Positions 25,254 through 37,854 of a DNA stretch of 64,000 bases are shown piece by piece. The notes beneath the pieces are model-generated. The model had not been told where the DNA came from. It searched no databases and saw only the letters and a list, made by a program, of their open reading frames with translations. Source of the stretch: Eledone cirrhosa (taxonomy: Eukaryota); NCBI GenBank assembly GCA_964016885.1, contig OZ024747.1, positions 67,580,001 through 67,644,000 on the forward strand, written 5' to 3'. The number at the start of each line of letters is the position of its first letter. Positions within the stretch are counted from its first letter, which is position 1. The translations under genes were made by a program, and so were the position numbers.

Positions 25254-26231
25254 CAGAGACAGAGTTAATATATATATATGTGGTCACATATATATGTATA
25301 TATATGTACAGACCACACACACACATATATATATATATACATACATGCATACATTCATGATGATGATGATGATGATGAGGATTATCATCATCATCATCGT
25401 CATCATCACTGCTTTTACATCCAAATTTCCATGCTGGCATCAAATGGAAAGGATGTTTGAGATAATGTTTTACAGCCAGATGTCCTTCCTAATGCCAACA
25501 CTTTTAGTCACCTCATATGACATGCTCAGATATGTTGACCCTATTCTAATAATTGGGATACATACATATACAAACTTGCATACATATGCAAAAACTCCCA
25601 TAGATGCACCCCCCACACACCCATACCCACTCACAAACACACACGCATACAAACACCCCCCCACACCCACACACCCACACGCACACACAAACACATACAT
25701 ACATGACACAGACTACCAAAATATTACATGAACAAATGTGAAGTATAGTCATTCCCCTAATTTCTTTTACAGCTTCCCCATACTGTTGCATCCCATTCCA
25801 TCTAATTCTGCACACCCTGCCACATATCTAGCCCTACCACCCTTAGCCCTTAACCTACATAAATGCTGACCCCCACCCTACGCAAAAAATACCCCCCCCC
25901 AAAAAAAAATACCCCCCAAAAACATACAAAAAAAAACAACACTTCCCTCTGAAATAAATAACTATAAACATTTTTTAGCTGATGTCAGCGAAATTTAAGA
26001 CATACTAAGTAAGACTATAGACTCCTTGCTACATATACTGCATCATGTGGCAACTCCACCCCTTCCTAATGTAGACATCCCATGTCCCATAATATCTGAC
26101 ACGTTGTTTAACTCTGAACCATGCTTAATTACTGTCTTACTTATGAGATATCCAACCAGCTTGTATGTATGTATGTATGTATGTATGTATGTATGTATGT
26201 ATGTATGTATGTATGAATGTATGTATGTATG

Positions 26232-26715
26232 TTATCTCTTTCTCTTAATTTCGAGTATATTTTTTTGACCGGCCACCTTCCTGGTGGCAAGGTTGTAAAA
26301 GAAAAGAAATTGTCATCCCTTGAATCGCAAGAATGTTTTGCAAATTTTGCAGGTGCCAGCTATCGCAGCCATTTGTAGACTATGAATTAGGGAGCTGCGC
26401 TCTTTGTCCGCAAATCCAAGTTCAGTCATACTTTGGTCCAAGCGGGTTGGTATATAACCCGTAGCTCCAATAATGATGGGTATGAAGCTAAAGGTGTATC
26501 TTGGATACTGGATTTGTAAACTCCTCATCAATGGTCCGTAGATGTCCTCCTTCTCCTGTATTTTTCTGACAACGTTTACATCAAGTGGGAAACTGATCTC
26601 CACAACAGAACACGTTTTCAATGTGTGGTCCCAAACAACAATATCAGGCCGGTTGTGCTTTAATTTAGTGGCAGTTTTTATTTTCAGGTTCCACCAGTAT
26701 TCCTTAGTGCCATCT
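26232..26715 (-). mobile_element. R4/Dong-like non-LTR retrotransposon 3' fragment (restriction-like endonuclease domain)
   Basis: ORF 26313-26715: WWNLKIKT..HNRPDIVVWD..VVEISFP..EKEDIYGPL..IPIIIGATG is a PD-(D/E)xK RLE C-terminus. Flanked by (TATG)n on both sides. Confidence 0.85.
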
Positions 26716-26894
26716 GTATGTATGTATGTTTGTATGTATGTATGCACGATGGCATACATACATACTGTCTCTTTTCCTATATATATATATACAATTATTA
26801 ATAATGTTATATCATGCAATGGCCATACTCGATAACGAGGGGGCAGCCATCATGTATGTATGTGTGTGTATGTATGTATGTAAGTATGTAAGTA

Positions 26895-26935
<41 letters not shown>

Positions 26936-27389
26936 ATGCCTGTATATATGTATATATGTATGTATATGTATATGTATGTATGTGTATACATCTGCATCTA
27001 TATTATGTGTGCATTTTTTCTAATAAACTAATATTTTATATGTATGACCTTAACTCCCACTTCATTCTATTTCCCCCCCCCCTCCCTCTCTTTCCTTCTC
27101 TTCCACTCTCTTCCATTTGATATATAACTGTCCTATTTTTGTTAAGCTCTATCAACTATATTCCTTTGACAAAAGTCTAAAGTTTTTCCTTCTTTCCAGT
27201 TTTAACCTGTTGAATATTTTACAATGATTTTATTTCTAGTCATGATATTTGTCTATATTTATGTTTTTGTCGAAAGCCAACCATAATTTTCCTGTCCAGT
27301 CTTTTGTGTTGTGTGATATTGTCTAACAATGCATCTTAAATGGTTCTCCAATCTGTTGTGCAAATTGGTGTTACAAATGCAATCCCACC

Positions 27390-27519
27390 TTAACCCTTTA
27401 GCACTTAAACGTGCCATATCCGGCCTTTACCATGAAAATACAATAGTAAATATAGAGTGAGACATGGTCTCCTAACCAATTTTGCCTCAACCCAAGCTAG
27501 CGTGGAAGATGGATATTAA

Positions 27520-27572
<53 letters not shown>

Positions 27573-27603
27573 ATATAGAGTAATGTAAATGCTAAAGGGT
27601 TAA
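27390..27603. mobile_element. piggyBac-type MITE interrupted by a short RTE 3'-tail insertion
   Basis: TTAA/TIR ends. The insert at about 27459-27570 ends in (GAT)n and has the TSD AAATATAGAGT. Confidence 0.75.
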
Positions 27604-28395
27604 ATTCACACACACACGCACATAATATATCATCATCATCATCATATAAACATATATATAAATTTATGTTTAAATGTATTTCCGTTTATGTCTGTGTGTC
27701 CTTGCATGTGTTTCTGTCCATTTGACTTAGTCATCAAAATACGTTTAAATTGTGAATTTAGTTGAAACAAAAAAAAAAATGAAAACAATATCATTAAAAA
27801 CAAAAATAATACAACAATAACAATAACATTAAGAATAGCAACATCAGCATCAACAACATCAATGATAACAGCAGCAACAACAACAACAGCAAAAGTAATG
27901 CAACAGCCCTATCACAACCAACAACCATAAAAAAAAATATATATATATAAAAAGTTGATATATTTTTGTTTGTTTATATCTTTCAGTTCCTTTTCATTTC
28001 ACACCTTCACATATACACACATGTATACATAGTCATACACAAACATTTATGCATGTACACACACATGTACAAACATGTATATGCTCATGTACAAGCATAC
28101 ACATACACATACATGCATATACATATACATACATAAACACACTGGCAAACACATTTAGAGGCAGGCACAGATGTTCAGGTTTATATCATCATCATCCTCA
28201 TTATCATTTAATAGCTAACCCCCCCCCCCCTAGCAAGGGCCATCATGGACCAAGTCAGTACTTTATCAGAGCCACTGACATCACAGCAAGGCTGGAGTAA
28301 TATCTTGCTCATATATGTTCCCCTACTTTACAGGGTACAATGCATACATTATGTCATGGCACCAGCACTAGGCAGGTAGTCTTCTCAACCCTTTG

Positions 28396-28441
<46 letters not shown>

Positions 28442-28922
28442 ATATATATATATATATACATTAGCCAAGTAGTACATGAAAAAATGGATACAGAGGAGAA
28501 ATAAACAAAAGCTATTTTCTTTAGCTACCCACAGGAAAATACAATTTCATGCATAAGAGTAGCATCATGTTTTTACTTCCAGGATGTGCACACACACACA
28601 CACACACACACGTACATACAGACACACATATGCCAAAAAAGGGCCAAGAAGACTCTTCAGCTGTGTCAAAAACATGACAACTTCCCTAGTGTTAGTGCCA
28701 TGATAAAATGCATTGGGTAAAGAACAGGGTCAAATATTGAGCCCCTGACCTGTTAGGGCAATCAACAGAGTACAGGAACATATGTAAGCTGGATGTATGC
28801 TCCACCTTGAGGTCAGTGGCTCCACTTGAGTACAAACTGGTCTATGACAACACATCCAAAACATTTAGCAGGGAAAATGGATGTTAAAACAACAATGATT
28901 ATGATACATGCATACATATATA

Positions 28923-28953
<31 letters not shown>

Positions 28954-29234
28954 TATATATATATATATATACACAACAGAGATCTAGCTGTCAAAACGGC
29001 CAGAGCTCAGCTGTCAGTGTCCTGACTCTTTTCCTATATATATATATATAGCAGAGTATAACAGTTTTAATATAGATGAGATTCTACAGGACTAGAACTG
29101 TTTCATTCATTAGAAATCATCAGGAATATATATATATATATATGTATGTGAGTGTGTATATAGAATATCTGTAGATAAATCGTCAAGGATAATAAAGCTT
29201 AATCTATTGCAAGAGAGCTTATTTAGAATATTAA

Positions 29235-29469
29235 AAATTTCATACACGTAACATGTATGTGTGACCTAAGGTTTCTGGGTCCAGTTATGGCCATCACTAT
29301 ATGGTGGAGGAGCTGTTTTAAAAATGACTTATCCACATTCCTTTTCATAATTTTCCCCTGGTACCCGATGAGAGGCCAGTTTTGAACAGCTCCTCCACTA
29401 CACAGTGTGGTGGCTATAACTGGAACCCCAAACCTAAGGTCGCGCCCACATGTTAAGTGAATAAAATTT
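29235..29469. repeat. Foldback hairpin containing a degenerate hammerhead motif
   Basis: Imperfect arms of about 85 bp. The plus strand at about 29360-29446 reads GGTAC-CCGATGA-..CCAGTT..CCACTACAC-A-GTGTGGTGG..AACTGG..CAAAC-CTAAG-GTC/GCGCC, and the left arm carries GAAACCTTAGGTC on the minus strand. Confidence 0.7.
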
Positions 29470-29595
29470 AAAATATACTATATATATATATATACACACA
29501 CATATATATATGTATATATATATACACACACACATATATATATATGTGTGTATATATACACACACATGTATATATATGTATACACACACACACAC

Positions 29596-29647
<52 letters not shown>

Positions 29648-29966
29648 CATATTATTAATATTAATATTATAAAGTGTTTCCGTAGGAAAGGTAAAGGAAA
29701 GGAGAGTGCTCTATGTAAGCTACAGAGCTATTTAGGTATGTAATAAACAACATAAGACAATTATTCTATTTACCAAAGGTTTCATGAAGTCTGATGAGCT
29801 CGACACAGACGTCTGATATATATATATCCAGGGAGTGTAACATGAAGTTACTGTACGTTCACCCAGGTGAGCACTCGATGTTTAGGTTCACGTCAGTGGC
29901 GAGGTGTAGAGCTAAACAGAGTGTAATATGATATACAAGGATGATTAGTTAAGCCTTCATTACGTT

Positions 29967-30153
29967 TATTGATTGGTGACACGCGTTTTGTTATTGAACA
30001 GCTCAAGGTTTGATCTATATCGATCTGGCCCGATTCTGGAATCAAAATTACAACAGCAGAGGTCCAACAAGCTTTTGATTCAAGAGTTGGGCCAGATCGA
30101 TGCAGATCAAATCTTGAGCTGATCAATAGCGAAACACATGTCACCAATCAATA
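29967..30153. repeat. Long hairpin, 81-bp arms and 25-nt loop
   Basis: Arms 29967-30047 and 30073-30153 with about 11 mismatches and no gaps. Contains CGAAACACATGTC. Confidence 0.9.
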
Positions 30154-30527
30154 GTAGCTCTAGTTGTTAAGTGGTATAGGTGTAAATATATATACATAAT
30201 CATCATCATCATCATTTAATGAATTTTTTCCATGCATCTATGTTCGATTCTGGCATGGTTTCTATGGTTGAATGCTCTTTCTAATGCCAATCACTTCACA
30301 GTATGTGCTGGGTGCATTTTATCATGGCACTCTACAGTGTGGGCTGGGTGCATTTTATCGTTGTACCAGCACTACATATATATATATACAAATATATATT
30401 GAGTTAAGAACTCAGGGTAGTCCCTTACAATTAAATAGCTCCAAGAAAAAAGCTTTTCTGAGCCGTACAATATAATTGAATAAACAAGAGAGATGAACAC
30501 CAATATAAACATACATGTGTTCGAATC

Positions 30528-32755
30528 GTATATATTGCTGATGATCGGGCTTGTTTGTTTGTATATATTGCTGATGATCAGGCTTGTTTGTTTGTATATA
30601 TTGCTGATGATCAGGCTTGTTTGTTTGTATATATTGCTGATGATCAGGCTTGTTTGTTTGTATATATTGCTGATGATCGGGCTTGTTTGTTTGTATGTAT
30701 TGCTGATGATCAGGCTTGTTTGTTTGTATATATTGCTGATGATCAGGCTTGTTTGTTTGTATATATTGCTGATGATCAGGCTTGTTTGTTTGTATATATT
30801 GCTGATGATCGGGCTTGTTTGTTTGTATATATTGCTGATGATCGGGCTTGTTTGTTTGTATATATTGCTGATGATCAGGCTTGTTTGTTTGTATATATTG
30901 CTGATGATCGGGCTTGTTTGTTTGTATATATTGCTGATGATCAGGCTTGTTTGTTTGTATATATTGCTGATGATCGGGCTTGTTTGTTTGTTTGTATATA
31001 TTGCTGATGATCAGGCTTGTTTGTTTGTATATATTGCTGATGATCGGGCTTGTTTGTTTGTATATATTGCTGATGATCAGGCTTGTTTGTTTGTATATAT
31101 TGCTGTTGATCGGGCTTGTTTGTTTGTATATATTGCTGATGATCGGGCTTGTTTGTTTGTATATATTGCTGATGAACAGGATTGTTTGTTTGTATATATT
31201 GCTGTTGATCAGGCTTGTTTGTTTGTATATATTGCTGTTGATCAGGCTTGTTTGTTTGTATATATTGCTGTTGATCAGGCTTGTTTGTTTGTATATATTG
31301 CTGATGATCAGGCTTGTTTGTTTGTATATATTGCTGATGATCAGGCTTGTTTGTTTGTATATATTGCTGATGATCAGGCTTGTTTGTTTGTATATATTGC
31401 TGATGATCGGGCTTGTTTGTTTGTATGTATTGCTGATGATCAGGCTTGTTTGTTTGTATATATTGCTGATGATCAGGCTTGTTTGTTTGTATATATTGCT
31501 GATGATCAGGCTTGTTTGTTTGTATATATTGCTGATGATCGGGCTTGTTTGTTTGTATGTATTGCTGATGATCAGGCTTGTTTGTTTGTATATATTGCTG
31601 ATGATCAGGCTTGTTTGTTTGTATATATTGCTGATGATCAGGCTTGTTTGTTTGTATATATTGCTGATGATCAGGCTTGTTTGTTTGTATATATTGCTGA
31701 TGATCAGGCTTGTTTGTTTGTATATATTGCTGATGATCGGGCTTGTTTGTTTGTATGTATTGCTGATGATCAGGCTTGTTTGTTTGTATATATTGCTGAT
31801 GATCAGGCTTGTTTGTTTGTATATATTGCTGATGATCAGGCTTGTTTGTTTGTATATATTGCTGATGATCGGGCTTGTTTGTTTGTATATATTGCTGATG
31901 ATCAGGCTTGTTTGTTTGTATATATTGCTGATGATCAGGCTTGTTTGTTTGTATATATTGCTGATGATCAGGCTTGTTTGTTTGTATATATTGCTGATGA
32001 TCGGGCTTGTTTGTTTGTATATATTGCTGATGATCAGGCTTGTTTGTTTGTATATATTGCTGATGATCAGGCTTGTTTGTTTGTATATATTGCTGATGAT
32101 CAGGCTTGTTTGTTTGTATATATTGCTGATGATCGGGCTTGTTTGTTTGTATATATTGCTGATGATCGGGCTTGTTTGTTTGTATATATTGCTGATGAAC
32201 AGGATTGTTTGTTTGTATATATTGCTGTTGATCAGGCTTGTTTGTTTGTATATATTGCTGTTGATCAGGCTTGTTTGTTTGTATATATTGCTGTTGATCA
32301 GGCTTGTTTGTTTGTATATATTGCTGATGATCGGGCTTGTTTGTCTGTATATATTGCTGTTGATCAGGCTTGTTTGTTTGTATATATTGCTGATGATCAG
32401 GATTGTTTGTTTGTATATATTGCTGATGATCGGGCTTGTTTGTTTGTATATATTGCTGATGATCAGGCTTGTTTGTTTGTATATATGGCTGATGATCGGG
32501 CTTGTTTGTTTGTATATATTGCTGTTGATCAGGCTTGTTTGTTTGTATATATTGCTGTTGATCGGGCTTGTTTGTTTGTATATATTGCTGATGATCAGGC
32601 TTGTTTGTTTGTATATATTGCTGTTGATCGGGCTTGTTTGTTTGTATATATTGCTGATGATCAGGCTTGTTTGTTTGTATATATTGCTGATGATCAGGCT
32701 TGTTTGTTTGTATATATTGCTGATGATCGGGCTTGTTTGTTTGTATATATTGCTA
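30528..32755. repeat. 33-bp minisatellite, about 67 copies
   Basis: Unit GTATATATTGCTGATGATC(A/G)GGCTTGTTTGTTT, with one 4-bp slip near 30985. Confidence 0.98.
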
Positions 32756-32858
32756 CAGTTAAAAAAAGGTACTCAATATATAAGTAATGTATAGTCATCT
32801 TTATTTTATTATAGAAATTACTTTTAAGGGACAAGAACTGTTTCATAAGAACTGTTTC

Positions 32859-32898
<40 letters not shown>

Positions 32899-33034
32899 TT
32901 ATATTTATTTAATTATTTTATAATAAAATGACTTATACAGGACTAGAACTGATGATTCCTTACAAATGAAACAGTTCTTGTCCCTGTATATATATATATA
33001 GTTCTTGTATATATATATATATACACCCTCTCTC

Positions 33035-33358
33035 TGTAAAGTTGGTACCACAACATCCAGTCCAAATAAATGAGATAATGAGATCGAGATCGAGATTGTG
33101 TAGGTGTCACGACAAAAAAAACACACACAGTCCACGCTGTAATGTGTCCGTGTAGGTAACACGGTAAAAAGTTCCCAGTTCCACATTGTAAATGTGGTTG
33201 GTGTTAGGAAGGGCATCTAACCATAGAATACCTGCCAGACAGTCCTATACGAGCGAGACACGGTCACCCGACCAACCTTGCCTCAAGTGGGACCACTCCC
33301 GTCCAACCCATGCTAGCGTGGAAGATGGACGTTAAACGAAGATGATGATGATGATGAT
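33035..33358 (+). mobile_element. RTE 3' UTR fragment
   Basis: Family-1-like UTR with a variant end, followed by (GAT)n and (TA)n. Confidence 0.85.
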
Positions 33359-33369
33359 ATATATATATT

Positions 33370-33402
<33 letters not shown>

Positions 33403-33498
33403 TACAGAAATGTCTTCTAGAGGACTAGAACTGTTTTATTCGGGAGAAATCATCAGGAAGCCCTGGTTAAGAGGGGCACAGTAAGTGCTAAAAGATGA

Positions 33499-33572
33499 GT
33501 TTATCCCGGGTTCAATCGGAGGTAACCACAATAAGTACTTACTGTGGTTACCCCCGATTGAACCCGGGATAA

Positions 33573-33575
<3 letters not shown>
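33499..33575. repeat. Near-perfect ~78-bp palindrome
   Basis: AGTTTATCCCGGGTTCAATCGGAGGTAACCACAATAAGT|ACTTACTGTGGTTACCCCCGATTGAACCCGGGATAAACT, with 2 mismatches and no spacer. Confidence 0.9.
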
Positions 33576-33642
<67 letters not shown>

Positions 33643-33759
33643 TCATCCATCATCATTTTACGTCCGCCTTTCCCTGCTTGCAAGGGTGGCACGGGTCCTA
33701 TTCATGAATCTAGCTGTTGAAACGGCCGGAGCTCAGCCATCGGGGTCCTGACTCTTTTC

Positions 33760-33818
<59 letters not shown>

Positions 33819-33840
33819 TATACATATATATATATAAATG

Positions 33841-34093
<253 letters not shown>

Positions 34094-34323
34094 ATATATA
34101 TATCATTTTCTGGGTGTGAATTGTAATGTTGTAATGTAATTACTAAATAATTAACCTCGATATGTAAGCATAGAGGTATTTTATATTACTTAATATACAA
34201 GGTAACCAAGTGTATGTTTATATTCAGAGTTTCATGATTGTATCTGATTAATCATAGCAAATGAAATTAGCGTACACCATCAATCTTTAAAACATACATA
34301 TACATACACACACACACACACAT

Positions 34324-34366
<43 letters not shown>

Positions 34367-34762
34367 CACACATACAAATACACATACACATATGCATACA
34401 CACATGTAGTTAAATTTCACAACACAGATGACAAAGAACTACAAGAATTGATGACATGCTGTACTGCAGAGAAGACTTGCCTCCCAGCTTAAATCTGTGA
34501 ACAGAAACCCCCACCCATCATCATTTTGTAGTTTCACCATAATTACACCCCACCCACTCATTGCATTAAAAACATGACAATCTTCAAGTGTAGTGTCGTG
34601 ACTGAATTCACTAAGTGCACTCTGTAGAATACAGAAATGTATGTAAGTGAGATGCAGATGCCTTGGTCTGTCTGAGAGGCCAGTGGCTCTGGCTCTGATT
34701 ATGTACTGACTTTGTCTGTGATGACCTGTCTAATTCTTGCTGACAGGGAAAACAGACAATGT

Positions 34763-34860
<98 letters not shown>

Positions 34861-34938
34861 AGTTAGAGTTAGAGTTGGTTATTTTGCCAATTTTGCCAAT
34901 AAAACCACTGGCACATTCACTTTATTATTACTAGCTAT

Positions 34939-35125
34939 AGGGGCGGTGGATTGGCAGTATCGGTAGAGGGTTGGACGCCATGCTTTGATGCATAGTTACG
35001 GCCCTTGCCATTCTGAGTTCAAATCCCGCCGAGGTTAACTTTGCCTTTCCTCCTTACGGGGTCGATAAAATAAAGTACCAGTAATGCACTGGGTAGTTGC
35101 TGGCCTTGTGCCAAAAGTAGAAACA
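34939..35125 (+). mobile_element. Full-length SINE family A with a 15-bp TSD
   Basis: TSD ATTATTACTAGCTAT at 34924-34938 and 35126-35140. It lies inside an older element with inverted TTTTGCCAATTTTG ends (about 34880-35307). Confidence 0.92.
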
Positions 35126-37040
35126 ATTATTACTAGCTATTGGTTATTTTTTCAAAGCTCTTTCGACACACAATCTGGGACCTCCTCAATGGTTATTTTT
35201 TCTTCTTCTCTGTGTCTCTTCTTCTGTTTGGTACATTAGTTATTAACCAATAACTAATAATAATAAATTGTGTTTTTTATTGACAAAATTGACAAAATTG
35301 GCAAAATGTGGCTCCTTCCACCTCCTCCTGTTTGTTAGCCCCAGTCTCTCTCTATATATTAGCCCATGACTCTCACTTCTGCTTAATCGCTCTTCACCCT
35401 CATTTTCTTACTATATGTCTGTTTGTTCGTCTGGCTGTCTCCCATACAAGTTTCTGTCAAAGGAAGAAGGAAACACCAAATGGAGAGAAGCAAAGCATCC
35501 CTCCTCTCTCCACATCAAATCTGTTTTTGATTTATTCTATATCACCCCCCTCATATCTCTGTGTCCATCTATCTACCTAAACATATGCATGCACGCACAC
35601 AAACCTATGCACACACACACACACATACACACACATCACTTATACAAACATACACACACACATATACATACCTATCTAACATACATCATATATACTCACT
35701 ACACACAAATACATACATATATACACTGAGAAGCTTAGATAAATAGATGGATAAAAAAATAGGCATGCATTTCTGTTTCACAAATGTGTGTCAATGTATG
35801 TGTACATATATGTGTGTGTGTGTGTGTGTCAATGTGTGTCTGTGTATATGCGTGTTGATGTGTGCGTATGTGAGGAGGTACGTGGCTTAGTATATAGGGC
35901 TTTTAGTTTATGCTCAGAAGGTCTTGAGTTTCATCTCTGGTGCATCACCTTGTGCCCTTGAGCAAGGTACATTTTATTTCATATTGCTCCAGTCCACTCA
36001 CCTGGCAAAAATAAGTGGTACCTGTAATTTAAAAGACCAGCCTTGTTACATTGTATCATGCTGGATCTTCCTGAGGGTACATGTTTTAGAAATGCTCAGA
36101 CACTTGTACATTAATTTCAGGAACAGGCTCTTCCATTATTGGAACTGATGGAATGGAAGCCTGACATATGATCCTACAAACTAATCGATACTTTTTATTG
36201 TGGCACAGCACTAAGGAAGTTATGTCTTTGACACAGCTTATGAGTCCTGACCTTTTGTTTAGTGAAAGTTTTCTATGGCTGCATTCCCATCCTATCACCA
36301 ACCACTTTACAGAGTATATTGGATGTTTGTCAAGTATATCACCAGTATAAGAGAAGTTGTTACAGCTGAAAAGTCTTCCTGTCCCTTTGTTTAGCAATTT
36401 TTCTGTGGCTGGATTCCTTTCTAGCCTCGGAGTTCATTGAGTGTGCTTATTTTGCAAATCCTCAACACTAGAGAGATTTATGTGCTCTTGACACTCTAAA
36501 GAGTCCATTCAACCCTTTTGGCATAGCTTCTATAGTGGAGTGCCATTTCTATTGCCAACCACCTTACAGGGTGTACTGGTTGCATTTTTCCTAGCACCCG
36601 CACTAGAGAGATTGTTGATCATTGACTCAACAGAAGAGCCCTCTCTACCTTATGGATGGAGGTGGGGGTACTTAATGGATGTAAGTGTCGAATGTGGAGG
36701 GATTTGACTGGGTGAAGAGTGGTAAATGAGAGGGAAATAATGACCTCTGGCCATGTGGGAGGTACTGCAGTGATAACAGTTACTAAGGGGTTATGACTGG
36801 TGTGACAGTGGGGTGAATAGAGTTGGAGGATGGGTGGTAACACTAGATAATGTGTGGATACAAAAATTGGGAAGGGGTGAAGGTGTTGGTGATCTTGGGT
36901 ACAGTAGGGGTGGGGGGCATACTGTGATGCTGAGAATAACTTCTACGGGGATGAAGGTGGTGGTTTTGCGGAGCCACGAAAGGAGTGGGTGTGTGTAGTT
37001 ATAGCAAGGAAGCTAGTAAAGGATGCTAGTGGGAGGTGGG

Positions 37041-37078
<38 letters not shown>

Positions 37079-37079
37079 C

Positions 37080-37114
<35 letters not shown>

Positions 37115-37237
37115 TTGCTTATTTCCCTTCTAAAATGCCAGTGTGAATGAAACTATTTCCTGTTATCAAACTAAAACAATCTAGATGACTAAACAGAAAA
37201 TACTTAACACAGAAGCAAATTATTATTACTATTATTT

Positions 37238-37268
<31 letters not shown>

Positions 37269-37625
37269 CATCACCATACATCCCATTTCTACCATCTTAG
37301 TTAATACATTAACAATATAAATAAACTGTAAATTATAAACTTATGTACTTAAGTGTTAGTCTTGTTGTTATTGTAATTGTTATTGTTGTTGATGTTGTGG
37401 TTACTGCCGCTTTATTGTAGTTGTTGTACTAGTTGTTATTGTTGTTGTTGTTGTTTCCTCTGAAGAATTTCCTGATGTTTGCAATAAAGTTGAGATTGCA
37501 ACCCACTTTTTAATGGATTCTCATTTGAAATACTTCTACTGGCTCTGCTGTTTTAATATAGTTCATATCCTGATAGATTCCGTTGAGGTTGATAAAATAA
37601 TGTACCAGTCAGGTACTGGGGATAT

Positions 37626-37854
37626 TTAACCCTTTAGCCTTTACATTACTCTATATTAACTATTGCATTTTCATGGTAAAGGCCTTACCTCACATAATTA
37701 TCTCACATAATGTCGAATCTATGTGATTATGATATTATTTATTTTGAGAACAATACCTTAACTTCCGTATGAGTGGCTGGTCATGGCTGGTTTGAGCAGA
37801 AAGTGGCGAGAGAATTCTGGCTGGATACAGCCAGTTTAAATGCTAAATGGTTAA
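37626..37854. mobile_element. piggyBac-type MITE family 1 nested in a SINE remnant
   Basis: TTAA-CCCTTTAGC...GCTAAATGG-TTAA. SINE body sequence continues on both sides. Confidence 0.8.

Noticed and set aside
30493-32794. 764-aa and 604-aa repetitive ORFs; superficial CRISPR-like regularity
   Set aside because: They are a by-product of a 33-bp unit lacking stops. There are no spacers, cas genes or splice/start context.
34856-34878. (TTAGAG)n telomere-like repeat
   Set aside because: Only 3-4 units and not TTAGGG.
37437-37548. Possible minus-strand terminal exon RASRSISNENPL..QQQQQ*
   Set aside because: Weak acceptor and no link to other exons, so it is not supportable.
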